Both the position numbers and the translations under genes were made by a program. Under the pieces are notes generated by a model. It saw only the letters and a list, made by a program, of their open reading frames with translations. It was not told the origin of the DNA and did not search any database. Below are positions 6,990-16,734 of a DNA stretch of 38,664 bases, in pieces (position 1 is the first letter of the stretch; every line of letters starts with the position of its first letter). The stretch lies in contig JAISQV010000206.1 of assembly GCA_031273985.1 (NCBI GenBank), positions 1 through 38,664 of the forward strand. Reading direction: 5' to 3'. The stretch comes from Spirochaetaceae bacterium. GTDB taxonomy: Bacteria; Spirochaetota; Spirochaetia; Treponematales; Breznakiellaceae.

Positions 6990-9900
6990 TTAGAAGACGC
7001 GGTGGACGGAGAGGGAGCCGTCTCCTCCTTTGGAGCCCGCTGAATCGGCGGTTGTAACGGTTCCAGCGCCGCCCGCGCCGCCCTGAGCTCCGCCGCCTCG
7101 GGCGGCGTTACGGTTATTGCCGCCGTCACCGCCGGCAGAGCCGTTGGCGAAGCGCGCGGCGGCGGCGCCCTGGCCGTTGGCGCCGTTGGTATTTTTCCAG
7201 TCGTCGGGGGAGAAATAGCTGCCGAAGGCGGCGGCGCCGGAAGAGCCGTAATCGGAAGAGGCGTCGTAACCCCAGGAATTGAAGCCGAGGGGGTTGCCGC
7301 CGTTATGTCCGGGAAAGGCAGAAGGATACGTGCCGCCGGCTCCGCCCTGGTAGCCGCCGCCGGCGCCGGCGTTGCCGAGGAATCCCGCGCCGCCGCCTCC
7401 TCCGGAACCGGCGCTGCCTCCGGCCCCGCCCGGCCCGGCATAGTCATTAGAAGCCAGATTGCCGGCCGAACCGCCGCCGCCGCCGCCAGCGCAGAGGAAG
7501 TAGCCGTTGGGGGACCAGGCGAAGGAGCCCGAGCCGCCGCCGCCGCCGCCCGCAGCTAGATCGTACATATCAGACATTGCACGGATACGCTCGGCGCCGT
7601 TGCCGCCCTGGCCGGCGAATACGGTGACGGTTTCGGGGGCGGAGAGGATCACGAGCTCCGAGACGGCGCCGCCTGAGCCGCCGTTTCCCCCGGCGCGCCT
7701 GGGACTGGAATTTGTATTCGCGGCGCCGCCTCCGCCTCCGCCGCCCGCGCCGCGGAGGGAGAAGAGGTAGGCTCCCGGTTCGAGGGTGACGGGCTGCGGA
7801 GCGGGGTTGCCGGAGCCTGAGAGGGAAAAGAAACTGCTGCTAGTGGCCTGGACCTGCCCGCTGTCCATGACGGGGTAGGAGCTGAAGTGGGGGAAGGTAT
7901 CGCTGACGAAGGTTTTTGCGGCGTAGATGTCTATAGAATCCATGACGTAGTAGAGTTTGTAGAGGGCGCGGGACTCGCCGTTGTACCAGGCGCCTTTTTC
8001 GGGGACATAGACGGGTTCAGCGGCGGAGTATTCGAAAGAGATACTTCCGGGAATCTGTACGGCGTAGACGTAGAGGAGCGCGGAGCGGCCCGGGGAGGCG
8101 GGGCTGACGGGAGTATCGCTGTTGATATTGAAGTAGCCGCCGTTCATTTCGAAGACGGTGCCTTTTTTGAAGACCGGCGGGGAAGTGTCGCCGGGGTTGA
8201 CGAGGCCGCCGGAGAAGTAACCGAAATCGCTGGCGAGGTCTATGAGGCCGGAGCCGTCGATGAAGCGGGCGGTGAAGATGTCGTCCTTAGTTTTAATGAT
8301 CTGGGTGTTGAAGTCGACGTTAACGGTGAAGGAGACGGTGAAGGCACCAGAGTCCCTGAAGTATTCTTTTGAGTCCGAATAATAGACGAGAGGGATGCTG
8401 GCGGAAGCGTAGCTGTCACTTTTGGTGATGGTGATGTCCTGGGTATTGGAGCATCTGGCGACGATACCGACGGCGTTGTAGAGGAACACGTCGGTGAAAT
8501 TATTCTTGGCGGTATTGAGGGGGAGGCCGGTGATGGTGAGACAGGGGACGGGGAGCGCCTGGGGGAGGAGGGAAGCGTCTACGGAGCCGCTGCCACCGGA
8601 GAAGTCGACGAGGACTCTTTCGGACTGGGTAATATTGATGCGGATCAGAGCGTCGATATTGAGGTCGAAGGTAACGTAGTAGCTGCCGGTTTCCCTGAAG
8701 ACCCGTTCGCCGGAGCTATAGCTGAGGGGGATTTTGAGGGTGGAAGAGAGGCCCCGCTGTTCGATGACGAGGAGGTTATAATTTTCGCATTTACCGATTT
8801 TACCGGCCTGGTTCCAGACAAAGACTTCGGCGACATTGAGAACCTGGATATGCGGGGGGAGGCCCGAGACGGTGAGGTAACTGTGGGGGGCCTGGGGTAT
8901 GGCGGAGAGATCGAGGAGGGCTGAGCCTGAGGAAAAGCTGACGACGCAGTGATTGTCGCCTGTGACGACGACGCCCTGGAGCGCGTCGGGGAAGAAGGAA
9001 AAGGTAACTATAAAGGAGCCTGAGTCTGAAAAGTCCTGACCGTTGAAGGAGCGGTTGTTGTCGTAGACGAGGGGGATGAGGGCGGCGCGTTTACCCGCGA
9101 GGGGAGTAACAATGATTTTGGTATAGTCCGGGCATTTGGCGACGACGCCTTCGGAGTTGAGAATGAGGACCTCCATGAAGTTGGCGGGGCTGGTGGTAAC
9201 GGGGAGGCCGGTAATGGTGAGGCAGTGAGGGGCCGCTGGGGGGATTTCCGGGGGCGGAGGGATGGCGGCGGCGTCAATTTCGGTGACGCCGTCAAGGTAC
9301 TCGAAGGAGAGGCCTGATTCTGAAGAGATTTGGGTGAAGGCGTCGACAGTGACGGTAAAGGCGGTGAAGAAGGAGCCTGATTCAGCGAAGGAGCCTGAGC
9401 GGGTGGAAGCGAGGGGGACGAAGGCTTCGCTGGTGACGGGGCCTTTTCTGACGGCGATGGCCTCGTAGTCGGAGCAGCGGGCGATGACGCTGTAGGAAGT
9501 GGACGCCGCGACACCCTGGAAGCTGTTTTTCGAGGCGTTGCGGGGGAGGTTAAAGAATCTGATATAGCCGCCTGAGCTGACGATGGTTTCGATCTGTTCT
9601 TCGGTTTCCGGGTCTTCTTCCTGTTCGAGAACGCCGTCAACAAAGAACAGAAGTTTTTCGATGTCGAGGACGCCGCGGCCCTCGGAGAACTGGACCATGA
9701 CCTCGTTGCCCGCGCGGACGGTAATGCTGGTACGGGCGTCGACACGGACGGAGAATTCGACGAAGAAGGAGCCGGTCCGGGTGAACTCGGCGCCGGTGGA
9801 AGAGCGGAGGGGGATGTATGCGTTGGCGTAGACGGGCTCGGATTCGATGACGATGGCGGCGTAGCTTTCGACCTGGGCTACGGAGCGCACCCCGTCGGTG

Positions 9901-10136
9901 ATACGGACCGCGGAGACGGATTCCCTCACGGTGTCCCTGGGGAGGTGGTAGAGGAGGAGGTAGCGGCCGTTACTGATGATCTCCTGGAGGGGGCCGTCTG
10001 ATGCGTTGAGGCCGGCGCCGGAGTTGCCGGGCCATGCGGGATCGCCCGGCCCGGTTATACTGTGCATATCGCAGGCTGAGAGGGAGAGGAGGAGGGCGGC
10101 GAGGGGGACGAGGAAGTTCTTAAAACTGGGTTTCAT
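6990..10136 (-). CDS. Large lipoprotein: five tandem ~115-aa repeats plus C-terminal glycine-rich domain
   Basis: ATG at 10136 with an AAGGAG RBS. Signal peptide plus lipobox MKPSFKNFLVPLAALLLSLSAC. Five repeats share the pattern (T/R)I(T/F)GLP...V..C.......IPL......F..(S/T)GS(F/Y).V.F. The C-terminus carries PGAYLFSLRGAGGGGGGG...GGNGGSGG...GGGGGGSG. Confidence 0.85.
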   Translation of the reverse strand: MKPSFKNFLVPLAALLLSLSACDMHSITGPGDPAWPGNSGAGLNASDGPLQEIISNGRYLLLYHLPRDTVRESVSAVRITDGVRSVAQVESYAAIVIESEPVYANAYIPLRSSTGAEFTRTGSFFVEFSVRVDARTSITVRAGNEVMVQFSEGRGVLDIEKLLFFVDGVLEQEEDPETEEQIETIVSSGGYIRFFNLPRNASKNSFQGVAASTSYSVIARCSDYEAIAVRKGPVTSEAFVPLASTRSGSFAESGSFFTAFTVTVDAFTQISSESGLSFEYLDGVTEIDAAAIPPPPEIPPAAPHCLTITGLPVTTSPANFMEVLILNSEGVVAKCPDYTKIIVTPLAGKRAALIPLVYDNNRSFNGQDFSDSGSFIVTFSFFPDALQGVVVTGDNHCVVSFSSGSALLDLSAIPQAPHSYLTVSGLPPHIQVLNVAEVFVWNQAGKIGKCENYNLLVIEQRGLSSTLKIPLSYSSGERVFRETGSYYVTFDLNIDALIRINITQSERVLVDFSGGSGSVDASLLPQALPVPCLTITGLPLNTAKNNFTDVFLYNAVGIVARCSNTQDITITKSDSYASASIPLVYYSDSKEYFRDSGAFTVSFTVNVDFNTQIIKTKDDIFTARFIDGSGLIDLASDFGYFSGGLVNPGDTSPPVFKKGTVFEMNGGYFNINSDTPVSPASPGRSALLYVYAVQIPGSISFEYSAAEPVYVPEKGAWYNGESRALYKLYYVMDSIDIYAAKTFVSDTFPHFSSYPVMDSGQVQATSSSFFSLSGSGNPAPQPVTLEPGAYLFSLRGAGGGGGGGAANTNSSPRRAGGNGGSGGAVSELVILSAPETVTVFAGQGGNGAERIRAMSDMYDLAAGGGGGGSGSFAWSPNGYFLCAGGGGGGSAGNLASNDYAGPGGAGGSAGSGGGGGAGFLGNAGAGGGYQGGAGGTYPSAFPGHNGGNPLGFNSWGYDASSDYGSSGAAAFGSYFSPDDWKNTNGANGQGAAAARFANGSAGGDGGNNRNAARGGGAQGGAGGAGTVTTADSAGSKGGDGSLSVHRVF

Positions 10137-10147
10137 GGGAAGCTCCT

Positions 10148-10663
10148 TCAATTGAGTTTTACGGAGAGGGCGACAACGACGCCCGCGAGCTGGAAGTCGG
10201 TTTCAAGGGAGAGGCAGAAGAATCTGCCGAAGCGGCGGCGGACGCCGGCGCGGAAGTCATAGAAACGGAGAGGCTGTTTTTCATCGCCGTAGGCCGCGAG
10301 GGTGTCGTTACGGAGGAAGCCGAGGTCGAAGACGTAGAGAAAGAAAAGGTCCGTAACATCATCGCGGAGGTCAATATGGTAAGCGGCGCGGAGGCCGAAG
10401 CTTGTAAGGTTGGGGTTGGGGGCCCTGAAGTAGAATCCGAGGGAGAGGGGCAGGAAGAGGGGCACGAGGTAGTCGAGGCGGAATTCGAGGGACCCCTTGC
10501 CGGTGGCGAAGCCGTTCTGGAAGGAGAGGGAGGCGAAGGCGCCGTCGAGGAAGAGGGCGTTGGGCCCTGCGGCTTCCGGGTTGCGCCAAAGGTCGAGGGC
10601 CGGGAGGGGCGCAGCGAGGGAGCAGAGGAGGAGCGCGAGGGATGGTATATGTTTTAGAGACAC
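10148..10663 (-). CDS. Secreted / outer-membrane-like protein
   Basis: GTG at 10663 preceded by AGGAAG. Signal-like SLKHIPSLALLLCSLAAPLPA, then alternating hydrophobic strands. The stop lies 12 nt upstream of the downstream lipoprotein ATG. The track start at 10720 has no RBS. Confidence 0.6.
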   Translation of the reverse strand: MSLKHIPSLALLLCSLAAPLPALDLWRNPEAAGPNALFLDGAFASLSFQNGFATGKGSLEFRLDYLVPLFLPLSLGFYFRAPNPNLTSFGLRAAYHIDLRDDVTDLFFLYVFDLGFLRNDTLAAYGDEKQPLRFYDFRAGVRRRFGRFFCLSLETDFQLAGVVVALSVKLN

Positions 10664-10739
10664 AAGGCTTCCTAAATATACAGAAATGTATGAAAAAGGG
10701 GCTGAAATGAAAAATGGCACAATAGCGTAGGCGCCAATT

Positions 10740-11171
10740 TCATTCGGTGACGCGCACCCGCGCTATGTCGCGGACGCCCTCCCCGGTGATGGCCTGCATA
10801 AGGGCCTCGCCGGGCTCCCGCGCGGTGATAATGACGCCGAAGCCTGACTCCCTGACCTCAATGACGGCGTGATCGTAGAGGGTGCTGACGAGCCAGTTGG
10901 CCTGGCGGTGTTCCAGAACGGAGGAGAACTGGAGGGCCGCGCTTTCGCCTTTGGGGAGGGTAATCTCCAGGGTGTTAAAGACGGCCTCTCCCGCGTTCCG
11001 GGGAAAGCTGACAAGGGCTGCGGCGGTAAGGAAGCTGCGGCCGTCACGGTCCATGTCGTAGAAGGAAAGGGAAGCGGTTTTCCGGGTGAGGGCAAAGAAG
11101 AGGAAGGCCAGGAAGACCGCGTTGAGGGCCGCCGAGAGGAGGAGGAGCGCGGTTTTGGTTTTAGGGTTCAC
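10740..11171 (-). CDS. Membrane-anchored hypothetical protein
   Basis: The GTG start overlaps the trbI stop. N-terminal TM helix ALLLLSAALNAVFLAFLFFAL followed by a beta-rich domain. Confidence 0.6.
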   Translation of the reverse strand: MNPKTKTALLLLSAALNAVFLAFLFFALTRKTASLSFYDMDRDGRSFLTAAALVSFPRNAGEAVFNTLEITLPKGESAALQFSSVLEHRQANWLVSTLYDHAVIEVRESGFGVIITAREPGEALMQAITGEGVRDIARVRVTE

Positions 11172-12508
11172 GGCTGCCTTCGTATATAGCGCTGCCTGAC
11201 GGGATAATCCGGCACGGGAGGGAGGGAGACGGTACGGCTCAGCATGACGTTGACCTGGGTGCCGTTTTCGACGGTGAGGGTGGGCTGTACGCCCATGGCG
11301 CGGGAAACGATGTTACCGCCCGCCTCGTTGACGAATTCACTGTTGGCCTGGGCGATAGCCGAGGCGGTGGTGTCGGAGGCGTATTTGGCGGCCTCTTCGG
11401 TCATCTTGGCGTTGGCTATGGAGAACATGGTAATGATGCCTGCGGCCTTGAGGTATTCGAACCAGTTTTCGTGGTATTCGGCTTCCTGCCCCGCCATGCC
11501 GCGGCGGTCGACGCCGTTCATGCCGCCGAGGTCCGCCTGGAGCCCGTCGGGGCGTATCAGGGTGTCCCAGACGATTTGCACCCGGTGCTGGGCGTAAGAG
11601 ACGGAGCTGTTGTAGCGCGCCACGAGGACTGAGCCCTGGGGGATGAGGAGGTTGCGCCCGGTCCGGGAGTCGTAGACGTTCCGGGTTACGCGGGCGATGA
11701 CGCCGCCGGGAAGGTCCGTGTTGATAGCGGTCTCGAGGACGGCGGGAATGACGGTGCCTGGCCAGAGGGAAAGGTCCCCGGTGTAACGCCCGCCCGGAAC
11801 GGTTTCTTCGCCCCGCAGTGAATCCTGCGGGCCCGGTGCGGAGGGGTACGGCTCCGCCGCACCGGCCTGGCCGCGCGCCTGGGCGAGGTACCCCGCGGCG
11901 GCGTTTTGCCCCTGGCTTACCGCGTAGGGATACTGTTCCGCGTAGGAGCCCGGCGCGGCCTGGCCCGCCGTGTTCCGGCCGCCGAAGAGGCTCCCCTCTA
12001 TGGTTCCGGGAACGAGGGGGGAGAAGTAGGCGGTGGGGACGGCGGGGCCCGCGGCGCGGCCCGGCGGGGGAGCAGCCGGGGGCGGCGGCGCGGTTTGGGC
12101 GTAAGGCCGGGGGAGGGATTGCGGCGTTTCATCGCGGTAGACCGCGGGGAGGGAGGAGGCTTCGGGGAGGCCCGCGCCGGGGTCTTCACCGGCGGCCTGC
12201 AGGGAAAGCGCCCGGTCCCGCTGGCTGCGCAGAAAATCCGCCGGCGCGCGGGAGGCCGGGGCAGCGGAAGAGCCGGCGGTGTTTCTTTTCCTGGTCCGGC
12301 TTAAAGAGAAGATAAAACCTCCTGCCACGAGGATCACGAAAACGACGCTCACTATCCTGAGGACCTTGCCCCGGTCGAAAAAAGGCAGCGCCGGGGAAGG
12401 CGGGCCGAAGGAAGTGGCCGCGTCCGGAGTTGTTTCGTAGGACTCCTCCCCTGGGGTTTCCGGCGCCGGTTCCGGCGGGTCCGGTTTTTTTTCATCATAT
12501 GCGGCCAT
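11168..12508 (-). CDS. trbI: T4SS protein TrbI / VirB10
   Basis: Pro-rich N-terminus plus a TM helix. Conserved core VTRNVYDSRTGRNLLIPQGSVLVARYNSSVSYAQHRVQIVWDTLIRPDG. Confidence 0.9.
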   Translation of the reverse strand: MAAYDEKKPDPPEPAPETPGEESYETTPDAATSFGPPSPALPFFDRGKVLRIVSVVFVILVAGGFIFSLSRTRKRNTAGSSAAPASRAPADFLRSQRDRALSLQAAGEDPGAGLPEASSLPAVYRDETPQSLPRPYAQTAPPPPAAPPPGRAAGPAVPTAYFSPLVPGTIEGSLFGGRNTAGQAAPGSYAEQYPYAVSQGQNAAAGYLAQARGQAGAAEPYPSAPGPQDSLRGEETVPGGRYTGDLSLWPGTVIPAVLETAINTDLPGGVIARVTRNVYDSRTGRNLLIPQGSVLVARYNSSVSYAQHRVQIVWDTLIRPDGLQADLGGMNGVDRRGMAGQEAEYHENWFEYLKAAGIITMFSIANAKMTEEAAKYASDTTASAIAQANSEFVNEAGGNIVSRAMGVQPTLTVENGTQVNVMLSRTVSLPPVPDYPVRQRYIRRQP

Positions 12509-12509
12509 G

Positions 12510-13501
12510 TCAGCCTCTCCTCTTTTCGATGACGATCTCGCGGCGGCCCATTTTGACGGTGACGCGCTCTATGAGTTTGTCGATGATGATGATGTTGCCG
12601 GCGACGCGGTAGTTAACGATGTCGGCCCTGTTTTCGAAGACGGCGGGAAGGTCCTGCTGCAGGACGCTTTCCGGGAAGGTGATGTAGGTTTTTTTGCCGT
12701 CGTCGTAGACCAGGCTGGGGAGCCAGGAAGGTTTTGCGAAGAGACCGTAGGTGACGCGGTAGTTGAAGGAGAGGAAGCGGGGGTCTATGCCCGGAATGCC
12801 GGAAGGCTCGCCGTCTCCGCTCGGGCCTTCCGCCGCGCCGCCCGCAGCATCCGTTACGGCGCCGTCTGAGAGGGGGATATACGTGTTGGGCATACCGGTA
12901 GACAGGTAGCGCCAGCGCACCATGGGCATAAACACGTCGCGGTAGCTTTTCAGAATGATGTGATAGACCCGCCGGTCAGTGTTGATGATGAGGGAGGCTT
13001 CCAGGGAAGCCTCGGTGGGTTTCACGTAGATGTGCTGCACCGCGACGCCGTTTTCGATGTTGTAGCCGGCGCCGAGCATCCAGCGCTCGCTGTCGGAGAT
13101 GAAGGGGGCTTCCACGGCCTTTTCACCGGGCTCGAGCCGTATGTCGCTGGCCCGCAACGGCCTGGTTAGACCTCGTAGACCCAATCGCTGTGGTAGTCGT
13201 AGATCATGGCAGCCCTTGAGTATTCGGAGGGCTGGAGAATACCGTCGCTGTTGGAGCGGGAAACAGCGCCCCTGCCCCGCTCCGGGGGCTGCGGGGCGGG
13301 GCTCTCCGCGTCCGGAGGGTAGACGGGGCGCTCTATTTCGATGACGAGGGGCGGCGGCATTTCGATGGGCACGGTGAGGATGGCGGGAGGCTCCCTGGGG
13401 ACGGTCCCCGCGGCGCTCTGGCGGACCCGTTTTTCCATATCCACGGAGGCGCAGGAGAGGAGCAGCAGGGCGAGGGCGAGGGCTGGCAGTATTCGTGTCA
13501 T
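12510..13501 (-). pseudogene. trbG: T4SS protein TrbG / VirB9, split by a single-nucleotide frameshift at ~13166
   Basis: The N-terminal ORF (13166-13501, lipoprotein-like signal, ends ...YDYHSDWVYEV-stop) and the C-terminal ORF (12510-13184, ...TRPLRASDIRLEPGEK...) join into one VirB9-like protein if one base is restored in GTCTAACC. Confidence 0.8.
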
Positions 13502-14181
13502 AGTTCGGTCATCTCGCAGTTTTCGATATAGACGCCCAGGGGGTTTTTCCTGATGGTGGCGTCGCTCACGGGCAGCAGCTTTACGGTAACGAGGGCGCGC
13601 ATACGGGTGTTGCGCCGGGTAGAAGAGCTGTCGACGACGGTTTCCACCCAGTCAACCTGGTAGGAGCTGCCCGTGATTTTGAGCACGCTTTCTATTTCGA
13701 CGGAGCGCCGTGATTTCCCCACGAGGTCGAAGGGGGAGGCTCCCCGCAGAAAACGTGTCATGACGGGTTCGTAGGAAGCGGTGATCATGGCGTAACATTC
13801 GTCGATGTTGTTGTAGAGCACCTGGGGGTCGGTGGAGACGGAGCGGAGATTAGTGATGAACTTACGGGCCTGGTACTGGATGGCCGGTTCGGGCACCTGG
13901 AAGGCGGCGTTCTGGCGCACTTCCCCCAGGTACTGGGCTTCCCCGGAGGGCATTACGTTGACCAGCACGGGGACGGTTTTCTGGGTTCTCACGGCGTAGA
14001 CATTGAAGGCGAGGCTGGCCGCGAAGAGGAGCAGGACGCCTATTCCTACGATACCCCGCCACCAGGCCATCTCCTTCTGTTTGTCGAGGAGTATGTCGGC
14101 GTAGGCCCTGTCCTGGCCCTCCCGGAAGGGGTTCGGCAGGTCAAGCGGTTTGTAGACGGTGGATTTGTGCTGCGCGGGCAT
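13498..14181 (-). CDS. trbF: T4SS protein TrbF / VirB8
   Basis: Single N-terminal TM (IVGIGVLLLFAASLAFNVYAV) plus a periplasmic NTF2-like domain pattern. Position in the operon and 4-nt overlap with trbG. Confidence 0.85.
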   Translation of the reverse strand: MPAQHKSTVYKPLDLPNPFREGQDRAYADILLDKQKEMAWWRGIVGIGVLLLFAASLAFNVYAVRTQKTVPVLVNVMPSGEAQYLGEVRQNAAFQVPEPAIQYQARKFITNLRSVSTDPQVLYNNIDECYAMITASYEPVMTRFLRGASPFDLVGKSRRSVEIESVLKITGSSYQVDWVETVVDSSSTRRNTRMRALVTVKLLPVSDATIRKNPLGVYIENCEMTEL

Positions 14182-14192
14182 GGGGTTCCTGC

Positions 14193-15695
14193 TCAGGCCC
14201 TGTCTTCAGGCCTGTCTTCGGTACCGGTACCGGCGGCGCGGTTCCGGCGCTGTTCGGCGCGGTACATATACTCTTCCCCGGCGGAGGTGCCGGCTTCGCG
14301 GCGGCTTTCGAGCTGTTCGCCGAAAGTTTTCTTGCTGCCGTCGGCGTTGGTTTCTGACAGGAAATGCTGCCGCTGGCTGTGGCGGTTTACGCCGCTGCCC
14401 GCTCCGGAGCTTCCGCCGCCGCTCCCCCCGCCGCCGCCGCCGAGGAGGCTCCGGGCGAGGTCGCCGCCTGAGGAGAGCAGGGCCTGCCCTGCGCTGCCGG
14501 CGAGGCTGCCCATGAAGGCTCCGGCCTTTTGGCCCTGGGTGCCGCCGAGGGTGCCCGCGGCTTTGGCCGCGGCCCCCGCCTGGGTGAGGGCGCCGACGCC
14601 GGCGAAGGCGGTTTGCGCCGCGCCCCCGGCTATCGCGCCCCCGGCCTGTTGCGCCAGGCGCATGGTCGCGCCGGCGGCGGCCAGGGCCCCGCCCGCCGCC
14701 GCTATGGCCCCGCCGGCGCTCAGGGACGGCGTGCCCGTCAGCAGCGACTGGGCCAGGGCCGGCGCGCTCTTGCAGAGAAAGAAGAAGAGCAGGCTTACGA
14801 AGAGCACGATGAGTATTTCGTCCGGGCGGCCCGTGAAGGGGGTCGCCGTGTAGCCTCTGGCCAGGGAGAGGAAACCGTAGAGCATGAGGAAAATACAGAT
14901 ATTGCAGAACAGCAGTTTTATGAAAAAGCCTATGACGGCGCCGACGAGCTTCTCGGCCATGAATTTGCTGCCCTCCCAGATGGAGAGGGGGAAGAGGATG
15001 ATCCCCACGCCGGTAACAAGCATATACTCCAGGAAGGCCATGAGGTATTCCAGCACGGCCAGAATCCCGGTGAGGATGACGAAGAAGCCGCACACCAGCC
15101 CGATGATGACCCGGCCAAAATCACTGGGAAGACCCCCAATACCTGTTGGCGCCTCCTCGGAATACCTGATGCACTCTCCCGCGATGAGGAGGACCACCTC
15201 CAGGGCCGCCGCGGGGGCGACGCAGGTGTAGGCCATGCCCCGGTGTTCCCGCGTTACCAGAAGGTTTGTGAAGTACATCAGGGGGTTCCGCTCTTCGGAA
15301 ACCTTGGCGGACCTCGTCGCGCGGGTGCCGTAGGTGCCCCTGACCGGGGAGTCATTCCGCTCCGCCTCTTCGGCTATGGCCTCCCGGGCCTGGTTCAGGT
15401 AGGCCTCGATGGAGAGGTAGGTGCTGGCCCGGGCCTTCTCGAAGGTCCAGGACGTTATGTGCCCAATGATCCGGGGGTAGGCCAGCATGATCACGATGAA
15501 GAAGATCACGGCCTTGCCTATCTTGATCAGGTTTTCCTTGAGCCCCTGGCCGGTGAGGGCGTAGTTGATCGCCGCGAGGGCCAGGGCTATGAAGAAGACT
15601 ATGCGCCCTATGGCCCAGGCTTCGCGGAGGAAGAAGGCCTGGAGGTCTATGAGTTTGTCGATGACATAGAAAAAGGCTTCGTTGAGGGTGTGCAT
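14193..15695 (-). CDS. trbL: T4SS protein TrbL / VirB6
   Basis: Polytopic membrane protein with a Gly/Ala-rich C-terminal tail. GGAGGAG RBS. Operon position between trbJ and trbF. Confidence 0.85.
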   Translation of the reverse strand: MHTLNEAFFYVIDKLIDLQAFFLREAWAIGRIVFFIALALAAINYALTGQGLKENLIKIGKAVIFFIVIMLAYPRIIGHITSWTFEKARASTYLSIEAYLNQAREAIAEEAERNDSPVRGTYGTRATRSAKVSEERNPLMYFTNLLVTREHRGMAYTCVAPAAALEVVLLIAGECIRYSEEAPTGIGGLPSDFGRVIIGLVCGFFVILTGILAVLEYLMAFLEYMLVTGVGIILFPLSIWEGSKFMAEKLVGAVIGFFIKLLFCNICIFLMLYGFLSLARGYTATPFTGRPDEILIVLFVSLLFFFLCKSAPALAQSLLTGTPSLSAGGAIAAAGGALAAAGATMRLAQQAGGAIAGGAAQTAFAGVGALTQAGAAAKAAGTLGGTQGQKAGAFMGSLAGSAGQALLSSGGDLARSLLGGGGGGSGGGSSGAGSGVNRHSQRQHFLSETNADGSKKTFGEQLESRREAGTSAGEEYMYRAEQRRNRAAGTGTEDRPEDRA

Positions 15696-15697
15696 AG

Positions 15698-16546
15698 TTA
15701 CTCCTCCGCTATGGGTTCAAAGAGGCTGCGGCCCCACATTTCGGAGAGGTCCGGGGGGTTGGGCGGGGTTCGGGATTGCCGGTCCCGGCTGAGCTGGTAC
15801 TCGTTGAATTCCGCGGTATCGTAGGAGATCTGGCGCAGGACGCGGTTGGTGTTGAGCGCCGCCTCCGCGAGGAGGGAGAGCAGGCCCTTCTCGCCCATGC
15901 GCTCGCTTTCGGGCAGGCTGCGGTCCTCTTCAAGCCGGGCGAGAGTCGCCTGGTCCTGTTCGGTGTCCCTCATGTGCTCCTCGTTCATGAGTTCCAGTTT
16001 GGTCATGATGTTACGCGCCAGGGTTTCCTCCCGCGCTTTCCAGGTCTGCACGTAGACATAGTTGGCCGGGGTGAGGCCCAGGTTAAGCCACATTTCCCGG
16101 CGCTGGCGCTCCGAAAATTCGTTATCCCAGTAATCCACGTAGGTTGATTCCATGGCGGCGGGGATCTCCGCCACGTCGGCCAGGCGGTAGGTGCGGCCTC
16201 CTATGCGGACGCCCATCCGGTTAAAGCGGGTTTCGGCCTGGCGCTCCAGGTAGAGCTGGCGGTTGTACCAGTCCATGAAGTCGTCCCAGCTGTTCACGCG
16301 GGTAACGTTCCTGAGGTTGTCCAGGGCCATTTGCTCCATGCGGAGCATATTCTGGAACTGGTTGTAGGTGTTCATGGCGTTTTCCACCATCTGGGCTATG
16401 GACTGGGCGTAGTAGGCCGCCTGGTCCAGGTGGGTGGCGCTCATGATGCCTTCCAGGATGGGGGCGGTAACGGCCATCTGCGCGCGGGCCCCCGGGGCCC
16501 CCCAAACGGAAAACAGAATCAGCGCGCTTAGCAACAGCTTTTTCAT
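15698..16546 (-). CDS. trbJ: T4SS protein TrbJ / VirB5
   Basis: Signal peptide MKKLLLSALILFSVWGAPGARA followed by a helical/coiled-coil protein. Position immediately upstream of trbL. Confidence 0.75.
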   Translation of the reverse strand: MKKLLLSALILFSVWGAPGARAQMAVTAPILEGIMSATHLDQAAYYAQSIAQMVENAMNTYNQFQNMLRMEQMALDNLRNVTRVNSWDDFMDWYNRQLYLERQAETRFNRMGVRIGGRTYRLADVAEIPAAMESTYVDYWDNEFSERQRREMWLNLGLTPANYVYVQTWKAREETLARNIMTKLELMNEEHMRDTEQDQATLARLEEDRSLPESERMGEKGLLSLLAEAALNTNRVLRQISYDTAEFNEYQLSRDRQSRTPPNPPDLSEMWGRSLFEPIAEE

Positions 16547-16734
16547 GGGGTTCTCCTCGTAGAACGGGTTATCGTTTCGGGCTACAACTGTTCACGCCGG
16601 GGGGAGTTTTGTTGTTACCGTCCGGCGGGGGATTTTAAGGGGGCGGAGCCCCCTTAGGAGAGGGGGGAGCGGAAGACCGCCGGTACTGCCGAAGGCAGGG
16701 ACGGCGGTCTGCAGCGGGGGGGAGGCTTCCCCCT

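Noticed and set aside
13160-13175. Programmed ribosomal frameshift in trbG.
   Set aside because: There is no X-XXY-YYZ slippery heptamer, no homopolymer and no obvious downstream pseudoknot. The zero-frame stop is TAA directly at the shift site. A mutation or sequencing error is more parsimonious.
14193-14700. Gly/Ala-rich tail of TrbL as a possible separate feature or repeat protein.
   Set aside because: Low-complexity C-terminal tails are common in TrbL/VirB6 proteins, and the tail is continuous in frame with the membrane domain.
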